Origin: an uncultured Clostridia bacterium
Lineage (GTDB): Bacteria; Bacillota; Clostridia; Christensenellales; DTU072
Length of the DNA stretch: 64,000 nt
NCBI GenBank assembly: GCA_946621465.1
Contig: CAMOOO010000001.1
Coordinates: 33,401 to 97,400 of the forward strand
Direction: 5' to 3'
The position numbers were made by a program, and so were the translations under genes. Below the pieces are notes generated by a model. The model was not told the origin of the DNA. It searched no databases and saw only the letters and a list, made by a program, of their open reading frames with translations. This document shows, in pieces, positions 10,151-19,073 of this stretch. Within the stretch, counting starts at the first letter, position 1; each line of letters begins with the position of its first letter.

Positions 10151-10973
10151 AACAAGCGGTTTGTATGATTTGATCAACAGCATAGCGACCATTGTCGTCT
10201 GTGTCTCCGTTTTCCTTTTCTTTTTAATCCGGAAGGAGAAAAGCTGCGCGCTAATGAACTTTGCTTTTAACAAAGCGCAATCCCTTCGCAAAAAGAATAA
10301 ATTTCTTTCCGCGTTATTTTCAGATTGGACGCAAATAATCATTACGTCCGTTTTATACGTCGGGATCTACGCCAGTTTAGCGACCTTTGTCGACGTCGTC
10401 CCGTTCCTATCCAATAACGAATATTTTACGCTGAATAACTATTTTTCCTTTATTTTCTTCGGACCGTTTATGGTCATAGGATTGCAGATACTTTTGGGAA
10501 TGGACTTCCGCAATGGCACCGACCTTTTGACGCCCTTTTTTGCATTGGAAATGGGGATAGGTAAGATCGCTTGTTTTTGTGCCGGTTGTTGTTACGGCAT
10601 CCCGTGGAAGGGCGGAATGTATAACCACACCACCGGGAAAACGGAATTTCCCGTGCAACTGCTGGAAGCCTTCGTCGGTATCTTTATCGCCATAATTTTG
10701 TTCTTTTATCTGACTAAAAGAAAAGGAAAGGGAAGGGCGCTACCGCTGTATCTGATTCTCTATTCGGCATTTCGTTTCATGACGGAATTTTTGCGCGGCG
10801 ATCACCTGGCAAATTGGCTCGGAATGAAACCATATCAGGTGCTGTGCCTTATCGGTATTTTCATCGGTGCCGTTTGGCTCGTTATCATTAAGATTTTAGA
10901 CAAGTACAATAAGAGATTTTTATATAATACCACTTGGATTGACTATCTTTTGGCAAAGAAGGCAAACGAGTAA
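10143..10973 (+). CDS. Lgt-like (prolipoprotein diacylglyceryl transferase family) membrane protein, divergent
   Basis: GIGKIACFCAGCCYG, FPVQLLEA and LYSAFRFMTEFLRGD match Lgt motifs; about 7 TM segments; ATG at 10143 after GGAG, overlapping the MFS end. Confidence 0.8.
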   Translation: MIKTSGLYDLINSIATIVVCVSVFLFFLIRKEKSCALMNFAFNKAQSLRKKNKFLSALFSDWTQIIITSVLYVGIYASLATFVDVVPFLSNNEYFTLNNYFSFIFFGPFMVIGLQILLGMDFRNGTDLLTPFFALEMGIGKIACFCAGCCYGIPWKGGMYNHTTGKTEFPVQLLEAFVGIFIAIILFFYLTKRKGKGRALPLYLILYSAFRFMTEFLRGDHLANWLGMKPYQVLCLIGIFIGAVWLVIIKILDKYNKRFLYNTTWIDYLLAKKANE

Positions 10974-11638
10974 TGTTTACTTTGCTGGACGGTCTGGAAT
11001 CATTCGGAGAAAAGGAACTGACTTCCTTTTTGCCCTATTTGAGCCGTCAACGTTTGGAAAAAGTATCGTCGTATAAGTTTTTGCCCGACAAAATATCCTC
11101 GGCTTGCGTCTATTTATTGCTTCGAGTTATGATGAAAGAAGAATATGGATGGGATGAAGCCTGTCTGTTTAATTTTTCATCGAACGGAAAGCCTTACTTT
11201 TCCTCGCGCGCGGACGTCCGCTTCAGCCTTTCTCACGACAGAAAGGGCGTAGGCGTTTGTATCTCCGAAAAGGAAGTAGGCGCGGACGTCCAAGAGCTTT
11301 TTCACTACGAAAAAGCCCTCGCCGAAAGGATTCTTTCGCCGCGCGAGGTGTCGGCTTTCAATCGGTTTTTCCCCGACGACAGGCTGCTGACAAGGATATG
11401 GACAATGAAAGAAAGCCTGGGTAAAAAAACGGGCGAGGGAGTCTTTTCCATTATGGAAAGTACCTCTTTTGCTGAGGCAAAAGAGGGTATGTTTTATTCC
11501 GATGGTTGTTATTACATGACGGGACAAAAAGGGCAATTACTATACTGCATTTGTTCCGAAGATAAACAAAAAGTCCGCTTTTTGGGAGCGGACGAATTCC
11601 TGAAAAAAGTCAGTTTACTTTCAAAGGCTTATATTTGA
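10973..11638 (+). CDS. Sfp-type 4'-phosphopantetheinyl transferase
   Basis: NGKP, FSLSH, VGADVQ, WTMKESLGKKTGEG; TAATG coupling; next to the NRPS. Confidence 0.93.
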   Translation: MFTLLDGLESFGEKELTSFLPYLSRQRLEKVSSYKFLPDKISSACVYLLLRVMMKEEYGWDEACLFNFSSNGKPYFSSRADVRFSLSHDRKGVGVCISEKEVGADVQELFHYEKALAERILSPREVSAFNRFFPDDRLLTRIWTMKESLGKKTGEGVFSIMESTSFAEAKEGMFYSDGCYYMTGQKGQLLYCICSEDKQKVRFLGADEFLKKVSLLSKAYI

Positions 11639-12135
11639 TCGAGTAATTCCTGTAGTTCTTCTTCCGTTATTGCGCTGACTTTATTTAGATCGCTTCTTTT
11701 TATTTCCGGAGAAAAAGGCGTTTCGTCATCTCCGATTCGTTTCTTTTCGGCAAGGTAGATACTTGCGCCCGTTCCCAATTCCTCTTGCAAAACGGTGCTT
11801 AGTTCTTCTCGCGCCTTCTTAACTGCCGAAAAAGATTGATCGTAGGCTTTTAACAATTCATCGCGCGATTTATAACACTCCATTGCTTCGCAAAACTTTT
11901 TCAGTCGCTCGTTTTCAAGCGCATAGCGTATCCGTAGATCGGCGAGGTATTCTTCTTGCTTTCGTTTAGCAAAGACAACCGTTTCGCTGATTTCTCTTTC
12001 CTTGTTCCGGTACTCTTCCAGCTGTTTAACTAGCTCCGAGTTCTCTTTTCGCAGTTCCTCGATCCGTTCAGCCTGTTTTTTTACTAAAATCTCTTGCGGA
12101 ATTCCGCCTGCTTTTTTATTCTTTTTCAGTCTCAT
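11629..12135 (-). CDS. Coiled-coil hypothetical protein (weakly DivIVA-like)
   Basis: 168-aa E/K-rich heptad ORF; convergent 10-nt overlap with the PPTase. Confidence 0.6.
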   Translation of the reverse strand: MRLKKNKKAGGIPQEILVKKQAERIEELRKENSELVKQLEEYRNKEREISETVVFAKRKQEEYLADLRIRYALENERLKKFCEAMECYKSRDELLKAYDQSFSAVKKAREELSTVLQEELGTGASIYLAEKKRIGDDETPFSPEIKRSDLNKVSAITEEELQELLDQI

Positions 12136-12188
12136 GCTACAATTATGAGCGGTTTACGTAAATATTTTTTGTTTTTGTTTGTCTGATA

Positions 12189-12217
12189 TTGTCGAAATAT
12201 AAAGAATCTGCTATAAT
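12189..12217 (+). promoter_or_regulatory. sigmaA promoter for dut
   Basis: TTGTCG-17 nt-TATAAT with TGn extension. Confidence 0.7.
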
Positions 12218-12238
12218 TATAAATAAGGAGTTTTGACC

Positions 12239-12733
12239 ATGCAAAAAATAGCTAAATTCGAAAAAGTCAGTTTTGAGCAGTTCTCGGAGAGCTTCTCCGG
12301 AGAGGACGTAAAAAAAATCTATGACGAAATTTCCCTTCCCAGGAGAGCTACGTCAGGGAGCGCAGGGTATGATTTCTTTTTGACAAAAGACCTGATCCTT
12401 GTGCCGGGACAGACTGCGCTTATTCCCACCGGTATCCGCGTCCGGATACAGGAAGGATGGATGCTTCAGCTCTATCCTCGTAGCGGTCTGGGTTTTAAAT
12501 TCCGCCTCCAACTCAATAATACCGTCGGCATCATCGACAGCGATTATTATTTCAGCAAAAACGAAGGTCATATCTTCTGCAAGATTACAAATGATTCAAA
12601 GGATAATAAAACGGTGGAATTAAAGAGGGGAGACGCCTTTTGCCAGGGCATTTTCGTCCCGTACGGCATTACGGAAGACGACTGTGCTTCCGGCGTCCGC
12701 GACGGCGGTTTCGGTAGCACCGATAAAAAATAA
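12239..12733 (+). CDS. dut: dUTP diphosphatase (trimeric dUTPase)
   Basis: SAGYDF, PTG, PRSGLG, GIIDSDY, RDGGFGST motifs; AAGGAG RBS. Confidence 0.96.
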   Translation: MQKIAKFEKVSFEQFSESFSGEDVKKIYDEISLPRRATSGSAGYDFFLTKDLILVPGQTALIPTGIRVRIQEGWMLQLYPRSGLGFKFRLQLNNTVGIIDSDYYFSKNEGHIFCKITNDSKDNKTVELKRGDAFCQGIFVPYGITEDDCASGVRDGGFGSTDKK

Positions 12734-12759
12734 ATTTTTTACGAATAACTCTTCACAGG

Positions 12760-12788
12760 TTTACAAAACGCTTTTTTACTGGTATAAT
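12760..12788 (+). promoter_or_regulatory. sigmaA promoter
   Basis: TTTACA-17 nt-TATAAT with TGn extension. Confidence 0.7.
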
Positions 12789-12807
12789 ACTGCAAAAGGA
12801 AAAAGAG

Positions 12808-13338
12808 ATGATCACTGACGAAGACATAAAGAATAAACTGCTTATTCTGTTTATCCTCGATAAATACGAGACGGCAATAAGCCAGGATATTCTTTCCCAA
12901 ATGTGCTGTATCGATAATAACTGGATCCCGTACTTTTGTTTCGGGAGTTTTGTCGATGAATTGATCGGCGCGCGCTTCGTTCTAGCGGAAAAGGACAAGA
13001 ATAATCCCGGAGATCAACTTCTTTCCATCAGTGACGACGGTAAGGTTTGCCTGAGCTATTTTTATAACAGCATTTTTAAATCTATCCGCGACGACGTTTC
13101 GGAATATATACGCCAGAATAAACTGAAGTATCGCAGAAAGCAGGAATTTGTCTGCAATTATGAGAAAAGCGCCGACGGCACCTACTTGGTGCATTGTATC
13201 GTTCTCAACGGTCAAACGATTCTATTTGAGTTGAGATTCGTCGTGCCAAACGCTCGCAAGGCGGAAGCAATCGCCAATAAATGGCAGGACTCCGCTCCGG
13301 AGGTCTACAAAAATTACGTTGATCTATTGATAGATTAA
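12808..13338 (+). CDS. DUF4364-family protein (winged-helix-like)
   Basis: NKLLILFILDK N-terminus, ISDDGKVCLSYF, C-terminal KWQDSAPEVY pattern. Confidence 0.7.
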   Translation: MITDEDIKNKLLILFILDKYETAISQDILSQMCCIDNNWIPYFCFGSFVDELIGARFVLAEKDKNNPGDQLLSISDDGKVCLSYFYNSIFKSIRDDVSEYIRQNKLKYRRKQEFVCNYEKSADGTYLVHCIVLNGQTILFELRFVVPNARKAEAIANKWQDSAPEVYKNYVDLLID

Positions 13339-13349
13339 GGAAAAAAAAT

Positions 13350-14150
13350 ATGCAGTATACCATCTATGACAGTCATGCACACATTTACCCACAGAAGATC
13401 GCCGTAAAAGCGACGAACAGTGTGGGTAATTTTTATTCTGCCGGAATGTCGGGAGACGGAACGGCAGAGACCCTCCTTGCCTTTGGGAAGGAAGCCGGTA
13501 TCTCCAAATTCGTCGTCCACTCCGTCGCCACCGCACCCCACCAGGTTTCTTCTATTAACCGCTTTATTTTAAGTAGCTGTCAGGAGCATCCGGAATTCAT
13601 TGCCTTTATGACCCTGCATCAGGATATGTCCGAACAGGAAATTGCCGACGAGGTGGATTTTTGTATAAAGAACGGTTTTAAAGGGGTAAAACTCCATCCG
13701 GATTTTCAGCACTTTGCCATCAATTCACCGGAAGGGCAAAGGATGTATAACGTTATCGGCGACAGATTGCCCATCCTTTTCCATACGGGCGATAAACGCT
13801 ACAACTATTCTTCACCCTATTATTTGGCGGAAATGGCAAAGAAATATCCCAAAATGCGGTTTATCGGAGCGCACTTTGGGGGATACAGTTGTTGGGAACA
13901 GGTCGTCGACGCATATAAAGGTTGCGATAACGTATGGTACGACACGTCCTCTACTACCGGTTTTTTCCCGGATAAAGAGTACCTGACGGATTTAATCCAT
14001 AAACTCGGCAGCGAAAAGTTCTTTTTCGGCTGCGATTATCCAATGTGGAATGCTTCGGAAGAAATCAACCGTTTTATGGGATTAAAACTGACGGAAAAAG
14101 AGCGAGAAGCTATCTTTTCCGGCAATTTAAAAGATTTTTTGAATATTTAA
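13350..14150 (+). CDS. Metal-dependent amidohydrolase (Amidohydro_2-like)
   Basis: DSHAHIYP, GVKLHPDFQ, LFHTG, AHFGG, YDTSS, FGCDYP. Confidence 0.9.
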   Translation: MQYTIYDSHAHIYPQKIAVKATNSVGNFYSAGMSGDGTAETLLAFGKEAGISKFVVHSVATAPHQVSSINRFILSSCQEHPEFIAFMTLHQDMSEQEIADEVDFCIKNGFKGVKLHPDFQHFAINSPEGQRMYNVIGDRLPILFHTGDKRYNYSSPYYLAEMAKKYPKMRFIGAHFGGYSCWEQVVDAYKGCDNVWYDTSSTTGFFPDKEYLTDLIHKLGSEKFFFGCDYPMWNASEEINRFMGLKLTEKEREAIFSGNLKDFLNI

Positions 14151-14163
14151 GTAGGAGGCGCAG

Positions 14164-15525
14164 ATGGATTTGACTTATGAGAGAAAAAACGTCTACAAAG
14201 AAGCGAATAAAAGTGACGTCGATCAGATGACTTCTTATGCGGAAGGTTATAAAAAGTTTTTGGACAACGGAAAGACGGAAAGAGAAACGGTTGCCGAAAC
14301 CATTGCCATAGTAAAGAAAGCCGGATACAGGGAGTATAAACTGGGCGAGAAGATAAGTCCCGGCGATAAGCTCTATTATAACAATCGCGGTAAGAGTCTT
14401 TTCCTCATTAAAGGCGGAAAAGCCGACCTGGAAAAGAACGGTATTCGCATTCTTGTTGCGCACGTTGACAGCCCCAGGCTGGATCTTAAACAGGTGCCGC
14501 TCTTTGAAAAGAGTGAGATCGGATATCTGAAAACGCACTACTATGGCGGAATAAAAAAATATCAATGGTTGACAGTGCCGCTTGCTTTGCACGGGGTAAT
14601 CGTAAAAACGGACGGAACGAAAGTGGAAATATGTATCGGAGAAAAGGAGTCAGATCCCATTTTCTACGTGACCGATCTTTTGCCGCATCTTTCGCAAGAA
14701 CAGAATGAGAAAAAGGTAGCTACCGCTTTCAATCCGGAAAAACTCAACGTTATGGTTGGCACGGTACCGCTACAAGACGAAGATAAAGACGCGGTAAAGA
14801 AAAACATACTGTCTATTCTGAGCAAAGAATACGGCATTTGCGAGGAAGATTTCCTTAGCGCGGAAATAGAAGCAGTTCCGGCGTTAAAGGCGCGCGACGT
14901 AGGCTTTGATCGGTCGCTTGTTGCTTCCTACGGGCATGACGACAGAGTATGCGCTTATCCGGAGATCACGGCGACTTTGGAAACGGAAACGGAACAAACG
15001 GTCATGACTATTTTAGCGGATAAAGAAGAAATAGGGAGCGAAGGTAATACCGGAATGCAATGTAGGATCATCGACGATCTGATAGGTTGTATTGCAAATA
15101 GCTACAGCGTTTCTGCCGCAGTCGTACGCGCCGCAAGTAAATGTCTTTCGGCAGACGTAACAGCTGCCTTTGATCCGTCCTATGCCGACGTCTTTGAAGA
15201 AAAGAACGTCGCATACTTAGGTAAGGGCGTCGCTATGAATAAATTCACCGGGTCGAGAGGAAAGTCCGGTAGTAACGATGCTTCTGCAGAATACATCGGA
15301 TATCTGCGTGGGATATTTAAAAAAGACAACGTAATTTGGCAAACGGGAGAACTTGGTAGAGTTGACCTGGGCGGCGGCGGAACGGTTGCTAAGTATTTAG
15401 CAAACCTCAACATCGACACTGTCGATCTCGGCGTTCCCGTTCTGTCCATGCACGCACCGTACGAACTTGTTTCCAAAGCCGATCTTTATCAGGCGCATAA
15501 GGCGTTTTCCGCTTTTGTCAAATAA
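14164..15525 (+). CDS. M18-family aminopeptidase
   Basis: AHVDSPRLDLK, HYYGG, HDDR, DKEEIGS, SADV, SMH. Confidence 0.93.
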   Translation: MDLTYERKNVYKEANKSDVDQMTSYAEGYKKFLDNGKTERETVAETIAIVKKAGYREYKLGEKISPGDKLYYNNRGKSLFLIKGGKADLEKNGIRILVAHVDSPRLDLKQVPLFEKSEIGYLKTHYYGGIKKYQWLTVPLALHGVIVKTDGTKVEICIGEKESDPIFYVTDLLPHLSQEQNEKKVATAFNPEKLNVMVGTVPLQDEDKDAVKKNILSILSKEYGICEEDFLSAEIEAVPALKARDVGFDRSLVASYGHDDRVCAYPEITATLETETEQTVMTILADKEEIGSEGNTGMQCRIIDDLIGCIANSYSVSAAVVRAASKCLSADVTAAFDPSYADVFEEKNVAYLGKGVAMNKFTGSRGKSGSNDASAEYIGYLRGIFKKDNVIWQTGELGRVDLGGGGTVAKYLANLNIDTVDLGVPVLSMHAPYELVSKADLYQAHKAFSAFVK

Positions 15526-15540
15526 AAAGGAAATATAAAA

Positions 15541-15738
15541 ATGAAAATATCTTTGAATCCCGACAAAGAAGTGGTAAAAGTCGTGCAAGAAGGTTTAAAA
15601 CGTCGCGGAGGGTACTGCCCCTGCCGGCGGGAGATGACCGAGGACACAAAGTGCATGTGCAAGGAGTTCCGCGATCAAATAGCCAATCCCGAGTACGAAG
15701 GCTTCTGCCACTGTATGTTATATTACAAGTCCAAATAA
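15541..15738 (+). CDS. Ferredoxin:thioredoxin reductase catalytic beta-chain-like protein
   Basis: 65 aa with CPC...CMC...CHC motifs. Confidence 0.85.
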   Translation: MKISLNPDKEVVKVVQEGLKRRGGYCPCRREMTEDTKCMCKEFRDQIANPEYEGFCHCMLYYKSK

Positions 15739-15746
15739 AAGAACTC

Positions 15747-15782
15747 ATAAAAAATGACCTCATTTCGAGGTCAATTTTTTAT
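15747..15782. terminator. Bidirectional intrinsic terminator
   Basis: TGACCTC/GAGGTCA stem flanked by A and T runs, between convergent genes. Confidence 0.8.
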
Positions 15783-16885
15783 TTCAGTAGATTATTTACC
15801 AATTCTTCATTGCACTTTCGGATTGCTTCGTTGGCTTTTTTGTTGAAATCACCGTAATTCGAGGTGACGAAATCGACCTGGAAAACAGGCATTGCGCGCA
15901 TCATATCTCCAAAGTCTTTTCTTCTTAGCAGTTTTTGATTGTGCCTTTTTGCCATATGCAATAGAGAAAGGGAGTAGATAGAGGAAAGAGCGTCGCCAAG
16001 AGAGCGGAATGAATTGGCAGGTTGGGTCTGATTCATGCGGAGCATATCGTTGTATTTATCGGTAGATAATATTTCTTTCACCGTCTTTCCAATCTCTTTA
16101 TCCAGTTTTCGGATGTTCGAACGACTGTGCCAGGTATGGAGGGCATTGGTGTCCATATCAAAGAAATAAGGGTACGAAGTCTGTCGGCTATCCCACGATG
16201 GAATAAAATGTTGATCCCTCCGTTCAAACAGAACCAAACCGCTGGTACCGTCCTTTCCGACGATATTGTTGTATCGCAGGTCACTTACGTGAATACCTTC
16301 TTGATCGGGGAACTCGGCAACCGGAGAATAATGAATATAGTGGAAAATATTTTTTTCGTTGTATTTAATCTCCGCTAAATAATCGTGGAAGTCGGCAAAT
16401 GATTGATCGGCAAAATGAATGGGTTGAAACAGAATGGAAATTATTTCCCCGTCTTTTTCATGCTCGGATAAATACCGAAGGATGTCCAGAATGTGGACGG
16501 AAAGCTCTCCCGTTAAAATGCTGTGGGAGGTGTACCAGCCATCCTTTTCTTTGGTTACTTTGATATGTAAAAAACGGCAACCGCATTCCAGCATGCGATA
16601 TATCGAAGTCGATTGCGTCTTCACAAATCGACTAACGTAATTGCGGATCATCGGTTCGAATTTTTTCAAAGCTTTGCTTGCCGCAGCCTCCGTCGACGCA
16701 CCGCGTTTAACAATACCCGTATTGGCATCGTGCGCTCCTAAAAAAGCGATATCAACGTATCGCGGATTGGCAGTAGCGATAAAAGGAATGTCCCCGATCG
16801 TCTGAACGGGAACGGGGGGCGCTTGCGTCTCCTTGACGCCAAAACCTTTTCTTCCCAGCATAAGTATGGATGTAATTACCGTCAT
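15779..16885 (-). CDS. PI-PLC-like phosphodiesterase (TIM barrel) domain protein
   Basis: FLGAHDA, KTQSTSIYRMLECGCRFL, WYTSH resemble PI-PLC X-domain motifs. Confidence 0.65.
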   Translation of the reverse strand: MTVITSILMLGRKGFGVKETQAPPVPVQTIGDIPFIATANPRYVDIAFLGAHDANTGIVKRGASTEAAASKALKKFEPMIRNYVSRFVKTQSTSIYRMLECGCRFLHIKVTKEKDGWYTSHSILTGELSVHILDILRYLSEHEKDGEIISILFQPIHFADQSFADFHDYLAEIKYNEKNIFHYIHYSPVAEFPDQEGIHVSDLRYNNIVGKDGTSGLVLFERRDQHFIPSWDSRQTSYPYFFDMDTNALHTWHSRSNIRKLDKEIGKTVKEILSTDKYNDMLRMNQTQPANSFRSLGDALSSIYSLSLLHMAKRHNQKLLRRKDFGDMMRAMPVFQVDFVTSNYGDFNKKANEAIRKCNEELVNNLLK

Positions 16886-16995
16886 ATATTCCTCTTATGT
16901 AATTGGTATAATAAAATCATTATAACATGGAACGGAAAAAGAAACAATACGTTATTTTTATAAAAAAAGAAAGGGAACTACGCGCTTTGACTCTC

Positions 16996-17024
16996 TTTAC
17001 AAGTAAGAAAATAAAATGTATACT
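16996..17024 (+). promoter_or_regulatory. sigmaA promoter
   Basis: TTTACA-17 nt-TATACT. Confidence 0.55.
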
Positions 17025-17075
17025 GAATATGAAATCATTTGATCAGTCAAATGAGTTGTCAAAAGGAGAGATTAT

Positions 17076-17474
17076 ATGAATAAAGTCGTAGAAGAATTGA
17101 AGAAGGTAAAAGTGTTTTACGTCGCAACGGTCGAGGGCGATCAGCCCAGAGTTCGACCTTTTTCCAGCGTAGCTGAATTCGAGGGAAACGTATATATCTG
17201 TTGCGGTAACTTTAAAGAAGTTTATAAACAGCTGACCGAAGATCGGAAAATAGAGCTGTGCGGAATGTACGATGATAATACGTCGTGGCTGCGCGTTTCG
17301 GCTGTCGTCGAAGAGGATAACAGAATAGAAGCGCAAGAGGCTGTTTTGAACGATCCCACCGGTCCGAAACAACTTTATAAGGCCGGAGACGGTCGGTTTG
17401 TTACCTATAAACTGACGAATGTAAAAGCGCGTAAATTCAGCTTTTTTGCCGCGCCGGAAGAAATCGAAGAATAA
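17076..17474 (+). CDS. Pyridoxamine 5'-phosphate oxidase-family FMN-binding protein
   Basis: FYVATVEGDQPRVRPF, KEVYKQL, WLRV; AAGGAG RBS. Confidence 0.88.
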   Translation: MNKVVEELKKVKVFYVATVEGDQPRVRPFSSVAEFEGNVYICCGNFKEVYKQLTEDRKIELCGMYDDNTSWLRVSAVVEEDNRIEAQEAVLNDPTGPKQLYKAGDGRFVTYKLTNVKARKFSFFAAPEEIEE

Positions 17475-17478
17475 CCCA

Positions 17479-18234
17479 ATGGATGACCTTGATTATTGTA
17501 TTTCATATTTAAAAAATGCAAATAAAATAACTTCTGAGTTCGACTTGCCCAAAGAGAAGACTCTTCGAGCGCTGATGAATATCACCATGCCGGATGACTT
17601 TTCCGACGAATATTATGCGGCGCAGGACAGGGTTTTGCAACGTATCCTATTAAAAAAGAGAATCGTTTCGGCAGATGAGTTTCCTGTTTTTAAAAATGGC
17701 GTTTCTCTATATCAAGGGGATATAACCTGCATAAAATCGGATGCAATTGTCAATGCGGCTAATGAAAAAATGCTTGGTTGTCTTGCTCCTTTGCATTCCT
17801 GTATTGATAATTCCATTCATTCTTATGCAGGGCTGCAAATGAGAAGGGACCTTTCTATGATAATGAAAAAGCAGGGCTCTTACGAGCCATCCGGGAGAGT
17901 AAAGGTAACTGTCGGATATAACCTGCCGGCGAAATTCGTCTTTCATACCGTCGGGCCGGTCGTTTCGGGATTGCCAACTACAAAGCATGAGATACTACTA
18001 CGTAGTTGCTACAATTCCTGCCTGGAAAAGTCACGGGAAATGAAACTGAAAACTCTTGTTTTTTGCTCCGTTGCTACCGGTGTATACGGCTATCCGATAG
18101 AAAAAGCGTCGAGAGTTGCTTGCTATGCAGTGAAAGATTATTTAGAAAGGAATAAAGGTCTTCACGTTGTTTTCGATGTGTTTTCCGACGAGGACCATGC
18201 CGTCTATAAAAAGGCTATTGAAGAAATATTCTAA
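17479..18234 (+). CDS. Zn-type macrodomain protein-ADP-ribose hydrolase
   Basis: GDIT, AIVNAAN, GCLAPLHSCIDNSIH (CxxxHxC loop), HTVGP, SVATGVYGYP, N-terminal LRALMN. Confidence 0.9.
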   Translation: MDDLDYCISYLKNANKITSEFDLPKEKTLRALMNITMPDDFSDEYYAAQDRVLQRILLKKRIVSADEFPVFKNGVSLYQGDITCIKSDAIVNAANEKMLGCLAPLHSCIDNSIHSYAGLQMRRDLSMIMKKQGSYEPSGRVKVTVGYNLPAKFVFHTVGPVVSGLPTTKHEILLRSCYNSCLEKSREMKLKTLVFCSVATGVYGYPIEKASRVACYAVKDYLERNKGLHVVFDVFSDEDHAVYKKAIEEIF

Positions 18235-18251
18235 ATATAAATTCGTGAAAA

Positions 18252-18947
18252 TTACCGTAAAATGAAGATTCCTTTTTGAGATAAAAGGGCGTTGACGAAA
18301 TCTTTTTCCGTCTCTATTTTCATATCGTCAGGAAAGAGCATTCCGCATCCGAAGTCCTTTTCTTGGTGAAAATCACTCCCGTCAGTCGGGATCAGGTGGT
18401 ATTTTTTAGCGGTATTTTCAGCAACTTCGTTGTTGTTTACGTGCCGGGTGTGACCGTTATACGTTTCCAATAGGTGCATGTAATTAAAGTCGAGCGGAAC
18501 CGTTCCTTCGCGGAATGGATGAGATTGACCGCAAAGCCACCCTTCTTGGTTGCAAATAGTAAAGAATTCTTCTTGCGTATGATAGAGAAGTGAAAGGTTA
18601 TAATCAAGTAATCTTTCCGGTGTGATACCGTAGACAAGTAGCTCGGAATATTCCTCTTTCCCCGGGCGTTTTTCATCCCCGGCTAAACACATCTCCAGGC
18701 CGAGTAAAACGGTGATTTTATATTTAGAACAGTGCTTTTTTAGGGCGTAAAACTCCTTGAGATAGCGGCGAATCCAATTTATTTTTCTGCCTTTGAAATA
18801 GTTCTCGAAATTGGATAAATTAAAGTGGTTGGTTACAACGATCCCGGTATATCCGGCTTGAGCGTAGATCTTCGCGACTTTTCTCGGCGAAACAGCTCCG
18901 CAGACGCTACCTTTTTTCGTGTGTAAATGTGTTTCCCATTTTTGCAT
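18252..18947 (-). CDS. PHP-domain metallo-phosphoesterase
   Basis: ETHLHT, TNH, SHPFR, GSDFH; GAGGTG RBS before ATG at 18947. Confidence 0.88.
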   Translation of the reverse strand: MQKWETHLHTKKGSVCGAVSPRKVAKIYAQAGYTGIVVTNHFNLSNFENYFKGRKINWIRRYLKEFYALKKHCSKYKITVLLGLEMCLAGDEKRPGKEEYSELLVYGITPERLLDYNLSLLYHTQEEFFTICNQEGWLCGQSHPFREGTVPLDFNYMHLLETYNGHTRHVNNNEVAENTAKKYHLIPTDGSDFHQEKDFGCGMLFPDDMKIETEKDFVNALLSQKGIFILR

Positions 18948-19073
18948 ACCGATCACCTCGAAAAAAGTATACAACTTTTATAAAAAAAAGGAAAGAAAAC
19001 AAATGAAGAAATTACTTGAAGAAGAGACAAATTTCTGTTATTATAAATATAGAGAATATTATCGGAGGGTCGC

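Noticed and set aside
11620-11660. Mobile-element boundary at the end of the NRPS cluster
   Set aside because: The junction is abrupt, but no att site, inverted repeat or transposase is visible.
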